Positions 38,391-50,136 of a stretch of 64,000 nucleotides of DNA are shown in pieces (within the stretch, counting starts at the first letter, position 1; every line of letters begins with the position of its first letter). Source of the stretch: Kondoa subrosea (taxonomy: Eukaryota); assembly GCA_039545335.1 (NCBI GenBank), contig BCIN01000002.1, positions 620,001 through 684,000 of the forward strand. Reading direction: 5' to 3'. The position numbers and the translations under genes are program-made. Under the pieces are notes generated by a model. That model ran no database searches. It saw only the letters and a program-made list of their open reading frames with translations, and was not told where the DNA came from.

Positions 38391-38969
38391 AGCTCGCTTG
38401 ATCACTGCAGTAATAAACCTTGGGTGTCAGCGTTCTGACAAGAAGAGGAGCCTCAGGATATAAATTCGCTTGGCTGTCATCTTCGCACGAGCAAGCAGCG
38501 TACGGACTCAGCCGGCTCTCGTCGAGTCTCTGCATTTCATTAGCTACATATCTTTCGTATTAGCTACTCTGCTGAGGCTTTCTCAATGTCACAACGCGTA
38601 GCAAGGATGCATCATGGTAATGCTTGAACTCCTTCATGGTCGGTTTCCAGGCGAAATGCTCTTCGTGCTATGCATCTCTGGTCTTCATCGTGGCTCTTCG
38701 CGTTTTCCTTTTGTTGTACTCTTCATCGATTTTCGCTGGCTTCCTTTTCTCCTCTCTTGACGCTGGCAACTCTGCGAGACAGCCTCGCCTATAAGGTCAA
38801 TGCCTTATTGTCGTTCGATCGAAGTGAATTTGATACAGTATAGCCAATCGCGTCCTTTGGTCCGAGCTGTCTTACGTCCGGCTGGTGGTTTGATTCGCTC
38901 ATTGTTAATCCTTCTTCTCCCCGTCTTATCGATCGCGCTTCTTACTTGAGATAACATACAACTCCTTCT

Positions 38970-40441
38970 GATGTCCGCTGAGCTGCATAATGTTGAAGCG
39001 ATTCGTCGTAGGCTCTCTAACAGTGCGTCTTGGAGCAGTACCATTGGCCGACCCGTAGATCATTCTGTGAGCTTTCTAGTGCGTTCGATGTCCCGTCTGA
39101 TGCTTTCTTCTAGCCGACTCGATCGCTCGACAAATTGTTGTATTGGGTGGGAAAGCCGCAACATCGGGCTCTACTCTTGATCATGTCCGGTCCTCAACCT
39201 GACAAACCTCAGCCGGCCAGAGTACTTGATCACAATGAGCAGGCTATTCTGTTCTGCTGTTTTGCTAAAGACTGGGAAGATCTATATCCGGCCCTTCGAG
39301 AGATTGCTTCAAATGAAGACTTGGATCAAAAGGAGGAGATGACAGAGATCTCAGCCTTACCTGAATGGAGTCCATTCTTACATGCTTTCTCTCACTATGC
39401 TTTCGGTCACTTGAATGCTTTGAAGAAAACTCATGAAGCACTTCAAGTCAAAGACTGGTGCGATAATTTACTCAAGGTATGTAGTGTACTTTTGCGCCAT
39501 TAGTGTACTACTAAAGTCGCCGCTTGAAAATCAAGCATACGGGACCGCAATCTTCAGCCTTGTCTTTTAAATATCGAATCGACGAAACTACTGCTGCTTG
39601 CACTGCGATTGCTCGCGGGACAGAAACTTGGCTAAATTTCAAAAGTCAAGCTGCACCAGTACAGGGTATCCGTTTCAAGCGTCTCTTTCCTAGCATTGTC
39701 AGGGCCATTGTTGATCTTGACAAACATGTCAAACTCGAGGGCACCGCTAATTTCTCTGCACATCTACATCTGTCTCAAACAATTTACATCGGGAAAGATA
39801 ATAATCAGCAATCTTGGCATGTTCACGAATTTCTTAGAGCGTTCCTCGGCTACCTGAATAGTTCTGCCGCTGATGCTATCTTGAACGAATGGAATCAGCC
39901 GAATCCTCAACCGAAGAACATCCCCCTAACCCTCCATGGAAAACAGATGCGCTGGCAATTGGGTGTCGCAATTCACGATGTCCTGAATGTAAGTAATGCT
40001 CTTGTGTCCAAGCCGAAGCTGATCGAAGTACCTTACAGCTGTTATGGGATGAGTGAGTCATTAAATCATTCGTACAACACAAACTCATGGCGTCTTCATG
40101 CAGTCAATACAGACCTACGCTGGTCAATCGATCAGGTATAGCTGTTGGCCCAACCACGAACGTTCCTTGATTGATTCGATGATTGTTTGACCAGCATATA
40201 ATAGCGACGATCATCTTCCTAAGCATCGTAAGAACCTTTCGCAGAGCCAATCACAACTCACAGCTCACTGCAAACGTCAGATAACGTCGTAAATGCCGGT
40301 AAAAATGATACGAAGGACTACATGCAGGACAGACGCGAAGGTCAGCAGGCTGTGCTGCTTCATCGGGAAGCAAATTGACGAAGCGCTTCTTGAACAGAAA
40401 TTATGAAAGCACGTATCGCGCCCGGTTCTCGTCACTCCTGA
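38970..40441 (+). CDS. Orphan protein, copy A of an inverted paralog pair (unique N-terminal region + shared core)
   Basis: Intact spliced model: MSAELH.. / ..QSWHVHEFLRAFLGYLN..MRWQLGVAIHDVLN / LLWDD (14-nt exon 40039-40052) / QYRPTLVNRS / AYNSDDHLPKH / NVVNAGK..RRE / EIMKARIAPGSRHS*. Confidence 0.7.
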
Positions 40442-40490
40442 ATAGTCCGATTGTGGGTACGAGGTCTAGAGTTGACATGCCTTATGCTGA

Positions 40491-42587
40491 CTAGTGCATC
40501 GAGTCTGCTAGATATCCGGCAGAACCCTTTATTTGTCTCTTGTAATATAGATCTTTCTCTTTTGCTCCTAGAGTTGTGCTATAGTCCGTGACCAATACAA
40601 GACTGCTTTCAGATTGTACAACTCGAGTCCAAATTATGACTGGATGTAGACAGTATGCTAATTTGGCGTCCTTCGATGCAGATGAGACTACTTTCATCAC
40701 GATTGCTAGTTCGCTGAACGGGGAGTATACAGAAATGACGAATTGCATAAAAGTAAAAGCGGGCTACAAATTCTGAAGGTGAGTTGCCGTCAATTGTCCT
40801 GGGTGTAGTAGATCCATGCGAATGTAAACGGTTGCGATCTTTTTTCAGCGATTAGCCAAGAGAACCTCCAGATCTGATGACGCCCTTTGTAAACAGCATC
40901 GTACTGATTGGCGATTTCGGCGACAGTTTGTGCTGGACAGCCCGGAAATTGGTGCGCCTCCAGGCCAGTCCATCGCACTGGAAAGTGGACCAATAAGAAA
41001 CTAGACGTATCCTCATACTGATGTATACTTACAGTCCGTTGCAGTATGCACAGAATGAGGTAGAACTAGAACCCGGTCAGTCTGAGGCACTACTTGAGTA
41101 TGTGACATAGCTCACCTAGATCAATGCCAGCGTGCTCAGAAAGGCGATAATACTTGCGTAGATCCTCATGCGGGACGACGAGAGGCTCGTAATCCCAACC
41201 GCACATCCGTTCTTGTGACAAAGATTTGTGTTCTATAGTATCTCTGCTTCGCGTTTTGTGGAAAATCCACACGCTGTAACGTCGTGCGTTAGCAAAATCA
41301 TCGCAGTAGGCCCAGTGACCGTAAAAGCTGGAAACCGATCCATCCCAAGTAGTCAGAAGCGAATCCTTAAGATCTATCCATCTTACTAAGGTAAACGCAG
41401 TCAGATTTACGACGCGCTGATCTGAAGAAGAACTGCTCACGAGTCGAAAAGTGCTCTTGCACGTAAGAAGGCACTGTGTTTATATTAGCCTGACGTCTGA
41501 TAGATAGCAGGACTTGCAATTGCTGTTCCAGCCGAGCTGGACTCGTGCAGGGACTTTGAAAGCAGCTCTTAGTTCGTCAGTAAATGTTGGCTTAGCAGGT
41601 ATCGGAGACGGCTGAGGAGCATGATGAATAGGCATAGAGGGCGGCCTGGGATGCGCTTTCATGATATCTGTTTGTAAAGCGCTTCGATCAATCGCTTCTC
41701 CAGGAAGCATCACGGCCGACTGACCTTCTCGTCTGAGTTCCATGTAGTTCTTGATATCATCTTTACCGGCATTTGCAAGGATATCTGACATTCTAAGTGA
41801 GCTGTAAGTTGTGATTGCCTCGGCGAAGATTTCTTACGATGCTTTGGAAGATGATCATCGCTGATATATGCTGTTCGTGTAATCGTAGAATGAGGTCACG
41901 GACATGCCCCCTCGAGCAAACGGCTTTACCTGATGGCGTCACACTCGCAGGTCTGTGACCACTACATGAAGACGACGTCAGTTTGTGATGAACGAATCAA
42001 AGATGACTCACTCATCCCATAAGAGCTGTACAGTAATTCGATCAGCTTCGGCTTCGACACAGGAGCATTACTTACATTCACGACATCGTGAATTGCGACG
42101 CCCAATTGCCAGCGCATCTGTTTTCGAGCAAAGTCTGAGGAATTGTTGGTCTGTGCATGATGCTGTTCGGTCCAGCTGGTCAAGCTGACATCGGCAGCAG
42201 GACTATTCAGATAGGCGAGGAACGCTCGAAGAAATTCGTGGATATACCAGGATTGCTGATTGTGCTTGTTCCCAATGTAAGCTTCTTGAGACGAACGCAA
42301 ACGTGCAGCGAAATTAGTGGTGCCCTCGACTTTGACATGTCTGTCGAGATGGACAATGGTTGTGGCAGTGTTAGAGAAGAGACGCGAGAAGAAATTAGCA
42401 AGCTCTGCTTCTGGTCGACTCTTCAGCTCCAGCCATTCTCCTGTCCCAAGAGCAATTGCATCGCAAGCAGCAGAAACTTTCTCACTTGGATCAAAGCTAC
42501 TCTCTGGAGAAGATCATGTTGCTTACGAAGGTCTTCAGGTGGGACGGACGTTGCGATCCCCGTACTTGATAGTTCTGCTATATTCAT
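40491..42587 (-). CDS. Orphan protein, copy B of an inverted paralog pair (shared core + Pro-rich linker + unique C-terminal region)
   Basis: Same exon series as copy A (QSWYIHEFLRAFLAYLN..MRWQLGVAIHDVVN / LLWDD / GHRPASVTPS / AYISDDHLPKH / ILANAGK..RRE / DIMKAHPRPP..), then further exons (one with a GCAAGT donor) to TAG at 40491; the start and the last splice are uncertain. Confidence 0.62.
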
Positions 42588-43108
42588 TTGCTGAGATGCT
42601 GATAGTGATTCAGAGATGAAAACAGAGAGGAGTCGGTATGTGAAAGAGAAAGAGAGAGGGAGAGAATGAACTGAGCCTTTTAGATATGACGCGAAGAAAG
42701 GGAAAGCTGAAACAAACAATATCAAAGAGCACTGCAACGTAATGAATGTTTCGCTGTACAGCAAGATCACTAGGACTGCACGCAAAAGCGATAAGTTAAC
42801 AGCAACTCAGCGAGCCACTTTGGACGGCTCGAAGTTGTATTCTGTTGCAGTACTAATCAAGGCGGTGCACAATGAGTCATTGAGTGTAGCAACGAAGCCT
42901 ATCAAAGCTTTCATTACTGGAAGCTTGAGCAGTGTTAAGGTGTAATGCGAACTTCGACAGGCAGGGAAGCAGACTGAATTGCCTATCTTGCCCTGAGCCT
43001 TAATTGGCATTGGCAGTCTGAGCTACAGCCCGGGTACATTCTGCCAGCGGTTCGCATCAAGCCTTCGGTCGTTCGAATCAGCAGCTTTCTGTCTTGACCT
43101 AAACGGCA

Positions 43109-46100
43109 ATGTCGTCTTGTGAGGTCCCTACATCCAGCGGATGTAGAGCAGCACTGAGTCCTTGCTTGCAGCTCTCAACCTCTCGTCAGAGGAACAGCGA
43201 CTGTACAAGCAGCTATTCACGGAAGCCGATAAAGAACAATTGGGCGTCCTCACTGGAGACAAGGCTGTAGACTTCTTTGCCAAATCCAACCTACCCACAG
43301 ATGTACTGGGTCTCATTTGGCAGCAAGCCGATAGCGAGAACAATGGGTTCCTTACTGAACAAGGCTTCAACATTGCACTTCGCTTGATCGGTCATGCTCA
43401 AGCTGGTGCGACAGTAGCTCCAGGGTTGGAGAAGAAGTGTAAGTGTCATCATACTGTCCTGGGCCGACAGCTGAATAGCAGTATAGCTGGTCCTTTACCC
43501 ACATTTGGTCCAAGTGCAACCAAATCAACAGTTCCAGTAATCCCTAAAGTAGCAATGGAGGATAAGACCAAGTTTATGCGTATCTTCATGAACTCTGGGC
43601 CAGTAGGAGGGCTATTAGATGGTCGGCCAATTGCTCGAAGCATTGAACAATGCTGACGAGCGAATCTAGGCGATAAAGCTCGAGACATCTTTGTCAAGTC
43701 TAGTCTTCCATTCGAACAGCTGTCAGCTATCTGGAACTTGGCCGATACCAAGACCCGAGGATCGCTCGATGCCACAGATTTCATTATTGGCATGCATTTA
43801 ATTCAACTCGCAATGTCTAAATCCCTGCCTCCCTCTGGTCTTCCTGCTTCTCTTCCTCCATATCTATACGACTCAGCTCTTGTTGCCGTACCAAACGCTA
43901 CAGGCCCACCAGCGTCACCTATAAGTAGACAAACGACTGGTATTCTCAAACCACAAAGTACAGGCGAGAAACCTATTGCTCGGCAAAATACAGGCCAGAA
44001 AGTACAGTTCAGTCCTGGTATCAATGCTCCAAGTCAACAATCTCCTGGTTCAAGAGCTTTCGCTAGACCTCAACAAGCTGCTGTTCCATGGGACATCACA
44101 CCTGCAGACAAATCTCGCTCGGACGGCTTCTTTGATACGTTGGATACCAAGAAGCAAGGATTTGTTGAAGGGGAATCTGCTGTGCCTTTCTTCCTTGAAA
44201 GCCGTTTGCCAGAGAGTGTTCTTGCTCAGATTTGGTGAGTGAAGTGCAATTTCAGCCCTGAATACGGCTCATCCAGGTCTTCAGGGACTTGAGTGATATT
44301 CGCAAAGAAGGAACACTCAACAAAGATGAATTCGCTGTCGCCATGCGTCTCATTACAGATCAGCTAGATGGCAAAGCTTTACCTCCTACTCTGCCACTTT
44401 CTATGATCCCGCCTAGCCTTCGCGACCAAGCTGCAGCTTTCTCTTCTCCTCAAGTACCATTCGGTCAACAGCAGCCTCCTCAACAACCGCAAGCTCCAGC
44501 TAAATCTGCTGCTGAACAAGATTTATTCAGCTTAATGGATGAGCCAGATGAGACTCCACAACCAGCAGTCCAACCTACTTCTGCTTCGCGTACTTTCTCA
44601 CCTCAGCCAACAGCAGCTCTATCGCCTCAAGCAACAGGTTCTTCTTTCGTCGCACCAAACAGAGAGCTGTTCCCTCCTACAGCAGTCTTCAATCAAGCTG
44701 TCAATCAACCTTTACCTCCTTCATCTGCTCCAACCCCTCGTCCTTCCTCAACACAACAACAAAACAGTTTCTCCGCTAATGGATCAGATGATTTCTTTGG
44801 TCAAGAAGAAAAGATTCCGGATCATAGTATTGAACTAGGTCAAACTCAGAACGCTTTGAATGCTAGCGCGAAAGGGTTGAGTACGTTGACTTCTCAGCGA
44901 AAAGAAATGGAAGAAAGTCAAGCTGCCGTTCAAGCTGAATTGGAGGAAATGAAATCCAAGTTGACTGCTTCTAGATCTAATTACGAAGCGGAACAGAAAG
45001 TGGTTAATGAATTGACTATTCGAGCTGGTGAACAAAAGAAAGAGTTGGCTAATGTCAGGAAAGAAGTCGTTACTGCTGAGAGCGATCTATCTGCTTTGAG
45101 GGATGAAAAGAGGGAATGGGAAGGAGTTACTATGAGGGATAAAGAAGAGATTCGAGGATTGAAGACCAAATTGGGTCAAGTGACTCAAGAAGTCTCTGCT
45201 CTCAAGTTGGAGATCGAGAAGCTCAAGAAAGAAGGTAGACAGCAAAAAGGTCTTCTGGCTATCAGCAAGAAGCAATTAAGTACTGCCGAAACTGATAAGG
45301 AGAAGACTTCGCAAGAAATGGCCGATTTGCAAAAGGAAGAAGCTGCATCAATTCATCAAGAACCGGCGCCTGTCTCTTCTCGAGCCGTCCCTTCGCCCTC
45401 TGGCTCTACTGTCATCTCACCGGCGGCTTCCGTCAAGAGTACAAATCCTTTCGAGCGCTTCATGACACCTCAAACCACCAGCGTGGTCCAGCCTCGATCA
45501 GTATCGCCAATGGCTAACGAAGCGTTCTCCGCTCCTCCTGCTACCAATATGACAGTACCAGCGGCGCCATCAGAACATCATGTGGAGTCTGCTCCTATGC
45601 ATGCTGAAGCTGACCCATTTGGATCCTCGAGCCAAACTACTTTCCCTGACGATGGCTTTGGGTCCTCTGCTGCGGCTACTAGCAGTGACTTTGACTCTGC
45701 TTTCGAATCAAAAGCGTTCGATGACGACTTCAGCTCTGCTTTCGTACCTGCAACAACTTCTGTTGCTCCTTCGTCCCATCAAGCAGATCCGAGCTTCGAT
45801 TCAGCTTTCGACGGATTTGATCCACCTACAGCCGTCTCTGCTCCTCCTCCTGCTCAAGTTCTCCATGTTCCAGCTGAAAGCCAACATATCGCAGAATTAC
45901 CTTCCTCTTCTTCAAGTTCATTCCCTCCCGTCGAACATGTCGAATCTACCCCTCGATTCAACAACTATAGTCGCTCAATCGCTTCTGATGATGGTCAAGC
46001 TCCGCCAATACCTCTGCCTAGTCAATTCGGTCAAGCTTCAGCAATGCCGTCTAACCACAAGGAAGCTGACTCTTCAGATGATGATAGCGGTCCAGAAGAT

Positions 46101-46833
46101 CTTGAAAGACCTAGATCCACTGTTCAGACTCCGCCGCCTCAATCGTCTGTCTTACCAGCTCAAACTCACCTTGCCCGGCCAGACAATTTATCGACTGAGC
46201 AAAGTCCTTTCGGCGGTCATTCAAGGAAATCTCGATCTTCCATTGGTTCTTCCCTTGATGACTTTGAAGATGCCCAAGATGGAGCCGCAGATCTAGGATC
46301 ACCTACAGCTCAAGCCCACGTAGCGGAACAGAAGTCAGAACCTCTGAAATCATCTGCTCCAGCTGACGACTTTGATCAATTCGATGAAGATTTCGTCAAT
46401 CTGGGTTCCAGCGCTCCGAATGCTAAACCAGAAGGTTTGGATGCATTCGATGATAGTGATTTCTCGATGGACTTCAACAATGATATCAATAAACCTTTCG
46501 AAGTTCAGCCTTTACCTCAGCCTTCTTCGGCCGCCGGCGTCCCAGCTTCATCGAGTCTGCATCCTTCTTCAAACACCCTATTCGATGATTCCTTTGGATC
46601 TAACTTCGACTCCGCGCCTTCTAGCTCGGGTCCACCTTTGCCATCTCCTGCGGCAGCTGATGATTTGCCCGCTGTTGGGCGATTGGTGAGTCATACTTTC
46701 AGCACATTAGCTCCTGCTCACTATCTTTGTCCAGACAAGCATGGGGTTCTCGCGAACGCAAGCAATAAACGCTTTGGAAAAGCATAACTATTCGGTAGAA
46801 AAGGCAGCAAATGCTTTGATATCGGGGCAGTGA
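43109..46833 (+). CDS. EDE1: Eps15-like endocytic adaptor Ede1 (3 EH domains, coiled coil, low-complexity region, UBA)
   Basis: EH repeats (FFAKSNLPTDVLGLIWQQAD, FVKSSLPFEQLSAIWNLADT, FFLESRLPESVLAQIWDLSD), a long coiled coil, NPF/DPF motifs and a spliced UBA (TSMGFSRTQAINALEKHNYSVEKAANAL). Confidence 0.95.
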
Positions 46834-46944
46834 GCAAAAATTGGTGTACCAGCAAGTGTATAGAAACAATAATAGCAGTAAAAGCATATCAAATGAATGT
46901 TAATACAATGAAGGGTTATATGAGAGTGTGCTCTGTCAGATTCC

Positions 46945-49900
46945 TCAATTATCTACACCGCCTTGCATGAGCTGATCCAGGTTCGCTTCGATTCGTCGAT
47001 TACTTTCCTCCATAGCTGTCAAGCGATTGCGGAATTCGCTCAGCCAATCTGGTTCGACGTGAGGTCCGGCAGCAACTACCGTCGGCTTGTTCTCGGGCTT
47101 GAAAAGAGCTCTGTGTATGCGTGCTTTAGTGCACGTTGGCAGAATACACTTGGGCAGCTTACGCCAAAACGCTCTCTCTTCTCTTACGAGGTGGATTGCC
47201 ATGATGACCCAAGTTGGCATTAGGCTTCTTGTGAGTGCGGTGATTCATATATTGACTATCGCGATGATTCTTTCCGGCCGGAGAATTAGCTCGACTTCGA
47301 TCTTCAGGCAGTGCATCATCGATATGGTCGAATACTTTGTGTATAGCCATGAGCTATGTTTCAATGCCTGGCCAGACTGCCTACCTGCTTCCACTTCGCC
47401 GCGAGCAGAGAATCGTTGAAATCGCTTGAGCATGTTGGTATATATCGTGCTTTCCCACAGAGTATCGATATCATGCGACGATTTCCACATCTTGAAGAAT
47501 CTCAGATGCCGACGCTCTAAAATAGCCACGAGAAGAAGCACAGGGCCGGAAAAGAGTCTGGTACAAAAGACATTTATGGTATGGAACAGTCGCGGGCTCT
47601 GGTGATCATAGATCAGTTGTGTTCGTGCGTTTGAGAGATGATCACCGACTGTGACGAAACGAATAGGGACCAAAATAAACAGAGCAAGGAGGTTGACAGG
47701 CGGCTGTATAATTGTGAGCACAATTACACAGCTCTAGAATATCATCTACCTGATAATTGAATAAGCCATCAGATTTACCTTATGTTGAAACGTCTTAGAC
47801 CACAGCAGGCAACGATTGAGTGATAACTTACCTCCTTGAAAGATGACCACAGTCCTTCGATACAGTCCTTCCGCTGTAGCATCTTGACTTATATTGGCGA
47901 AAGTCATAGTGAGGATAGAAACCAACACCGTTGTAAGCAATGTATTGGATAGACAAGCGTAGATGACCTTCAACACGATCAGGCTTACATTAGAACAGTG
48001 TTGAAGAAAGAGCTTACGATCAGGATTGGTCCAAGGATTGGATGAAAAGAAGGAGCCTCTGCGAACGAATCAAAGGGTAATCAAGGGCAAGAACGGAAGT
48101 GCTCACTGTCGATCCCTGATCCATCCAAGCCGAAGAAGATGAATGTCTGTCTCGCCATAAGTCAGATACGTATTCGCGACAACATCGCGACTAACCATAT
48201 ACTTGGCAATTATCGATACTTCATGATGCTTTCCGCCTAAGAGCCATAGCGCATACAAGAATCCGGAGAAGCACCAAATAGCAAAGAGCATCATCTAGTC
48301 CAGGTGTAAGATCAAGCGCGAAGCCAAAGTGAACGACAACTTACGAATACGAAGTTATTCAGCATCGCTCGCAAGGAAAGCACCAGCATATTATCGCTCA
48401 AGACGACGAAGGCCAGTCTATATATACCTGTAAGCTATTTCGTCTTCCCAATGACAAGAGTAATACCTTGGCAGTAGAAATACAGCAGCGCAACTCAAAA
48501 CAGCATGATGTTGTTCCAATTCTCCCTTGCTCAGAAAGCCCAAATAGATCATGAATGTTATACAGAATAAAGCATCCAATCCGTTCCATAAATTCGATGC
48601 AAAGACTTGCCAACCATGTTCGAGCGTGGAAGTGAATTTATCCAAAGTGAAACCCAATCCATAGATGACTGTCAGCGATCCGAAACTCGCAATCAGCTTT
48701 ACGCTGAAGTTGAATTCATGGCACTGACTGAACCACCATTCGAAACCATTGGGAGTCTTGCCGATTTCTCGAGTTTCGAGTACCAGGAAATAAGACAGGA
48801 AGAGGACAAGGAAGTAGGTCGTTTCTAGAGCTGCACGGATTCGAGGTACTTGTAAGCGGTAGTGATCCAGTAGAGGTGCTTCAGCCGGGTTGTAGAGCGT
48901 GATCGGCTGATAAGCGCTTCAGCACAAGTATTGAGGTCACGCAATCGCCGATGATACCTTTCGCTTCCATTTATCTGGTAAGAGATGTAGATACGCATTT
49001 GCCGAGTATACGATTTGACCACGATAAATGCCTGCAAACCCATTTAGACAGTTTAAATGCGAAGGGTGGATTTGTTACCTTCGACAACTCGTTGACAAGG
49101 TGAAGAGCCTGTGGGCACGCAGGCGATTCTAGCAATATACTTTGCCAGAACCAAGTGCGACTCACGAATGAACGACTTCGCTTCTGAAACCAAACTCAAT
49201 TCTAAAGCAGAAGTATGTCCCTGAGTGGAAGAAGGGGGTTGCGCTGTGGTTCTGAACGTTCCAGATTTCGGTGTTTTGGGATTCTTGTCCAACTGAAACT
49301 CAGGCGGGATCAAATGAGGTGGAGCGCCTTGAAACGGACTGAAACTCTTTGCCAACAAATTCGCTAATCGAAGTAATTGTTGACCTGCTGGATCTGACCA
49401 ATTTGGATCAGGCGGTTCATCTTCTATTCGTCGAATGATGCAGGAAGCTAAGATTTCACATAGAGAAGCTCGGGTTGCGTTAACTGAATGTAAACTGAGA
49501 GTATGGGTTTGAGTCTTGATGAAATGGAGGCGATTGACCATAAGACAGTAGACTGTCGGTGCACCTCGATCCTGTAAGCAAATGACATGCTACAGCAGTG
49601 GAAGTTCACGGACGGATAGCAGGATTGTCCAAAGCATGGTACTCCTCTTCCAATGGTCTGATGATAGAGAAAGCGATACGAGGACTCGCCAACTGTTCGG
49701 CAGACAGAGGACTATCGACCATAGACTACGTGGGAGACAGAATCAAGCGATGCAAAGAAGGTAGACGCATAACAGCTGACGGTCAAATCTCTTCGGATCT
49801 TGACAATGAGCGGGTAGACCTCGAGATCATCTATAATCCGAGGAGCATAAGGGACCAGTCTTGCCCATACAAGACTTAGGATTTACGTTTCAGCAATCCA

Positions 49901-49992
49901 GATTCAGATGCTGTCGAAACATGGCGCAGCAGAGGAGCTCGCTCTCCAGCAGAAGCAGATTCTCCGTGATGTGGGAATACGGATAGAGCCAT
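46945..49992 (-). CDS. TRP-family (Yvc1/TRPY-like) cation channel
   Basis: ERAPLL N-terminus, TRASLCEILA, SALELSLVSEAKSFI..SPCQRVVEGIY.GQIVY, several TM helices, LSNTLLTTVLVSILTMTFANI, YQPPVNLLA and a C-terminal coiled coil. Confidence 0.85.
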
Positions 49993-50136
49993 TTGGATAT
50001 CAGTCTGTGCACATAAACGTCGCGGAGCAAAACAGCACCCAAGCGCGTTCAATCTGAAAGATCGTCATGCTGACTTGAAGATGTCTAAGTGATGCTAATA
50101 TAACAGTTATATGCTTGGGAGACAGCTGTATACACG

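Noticed and set aside
39989..40038. Apparently conserved peptide VSNALVSKPKLIEVPYS in both paralog ORFs
   Set aside because: It is a 50-nt intron (GTAAGT, GCTGAT branch site, TACAG); downstream synonymous-change patterns require it to be removed.
40340..40400. In-frame TGA codons suggesting paralog A is a pseudogene or uses read-through
   Set aside because: They fall inside a GTCAGC...AACAG intron that is also present in copy B.
38400..43100. Orphan island as a DNA transposon
   Set aside because: No transposase, reverse transcriptase or helicase motifs, terminal inverted repeats or target-site duplication were visible.
45580..46296. 238-aa Leu-rich ORF overlapping EDE1
   Set aside because: An alternative-frame shadow of the Ser/Pro/Ala-rich EDE1 exon.
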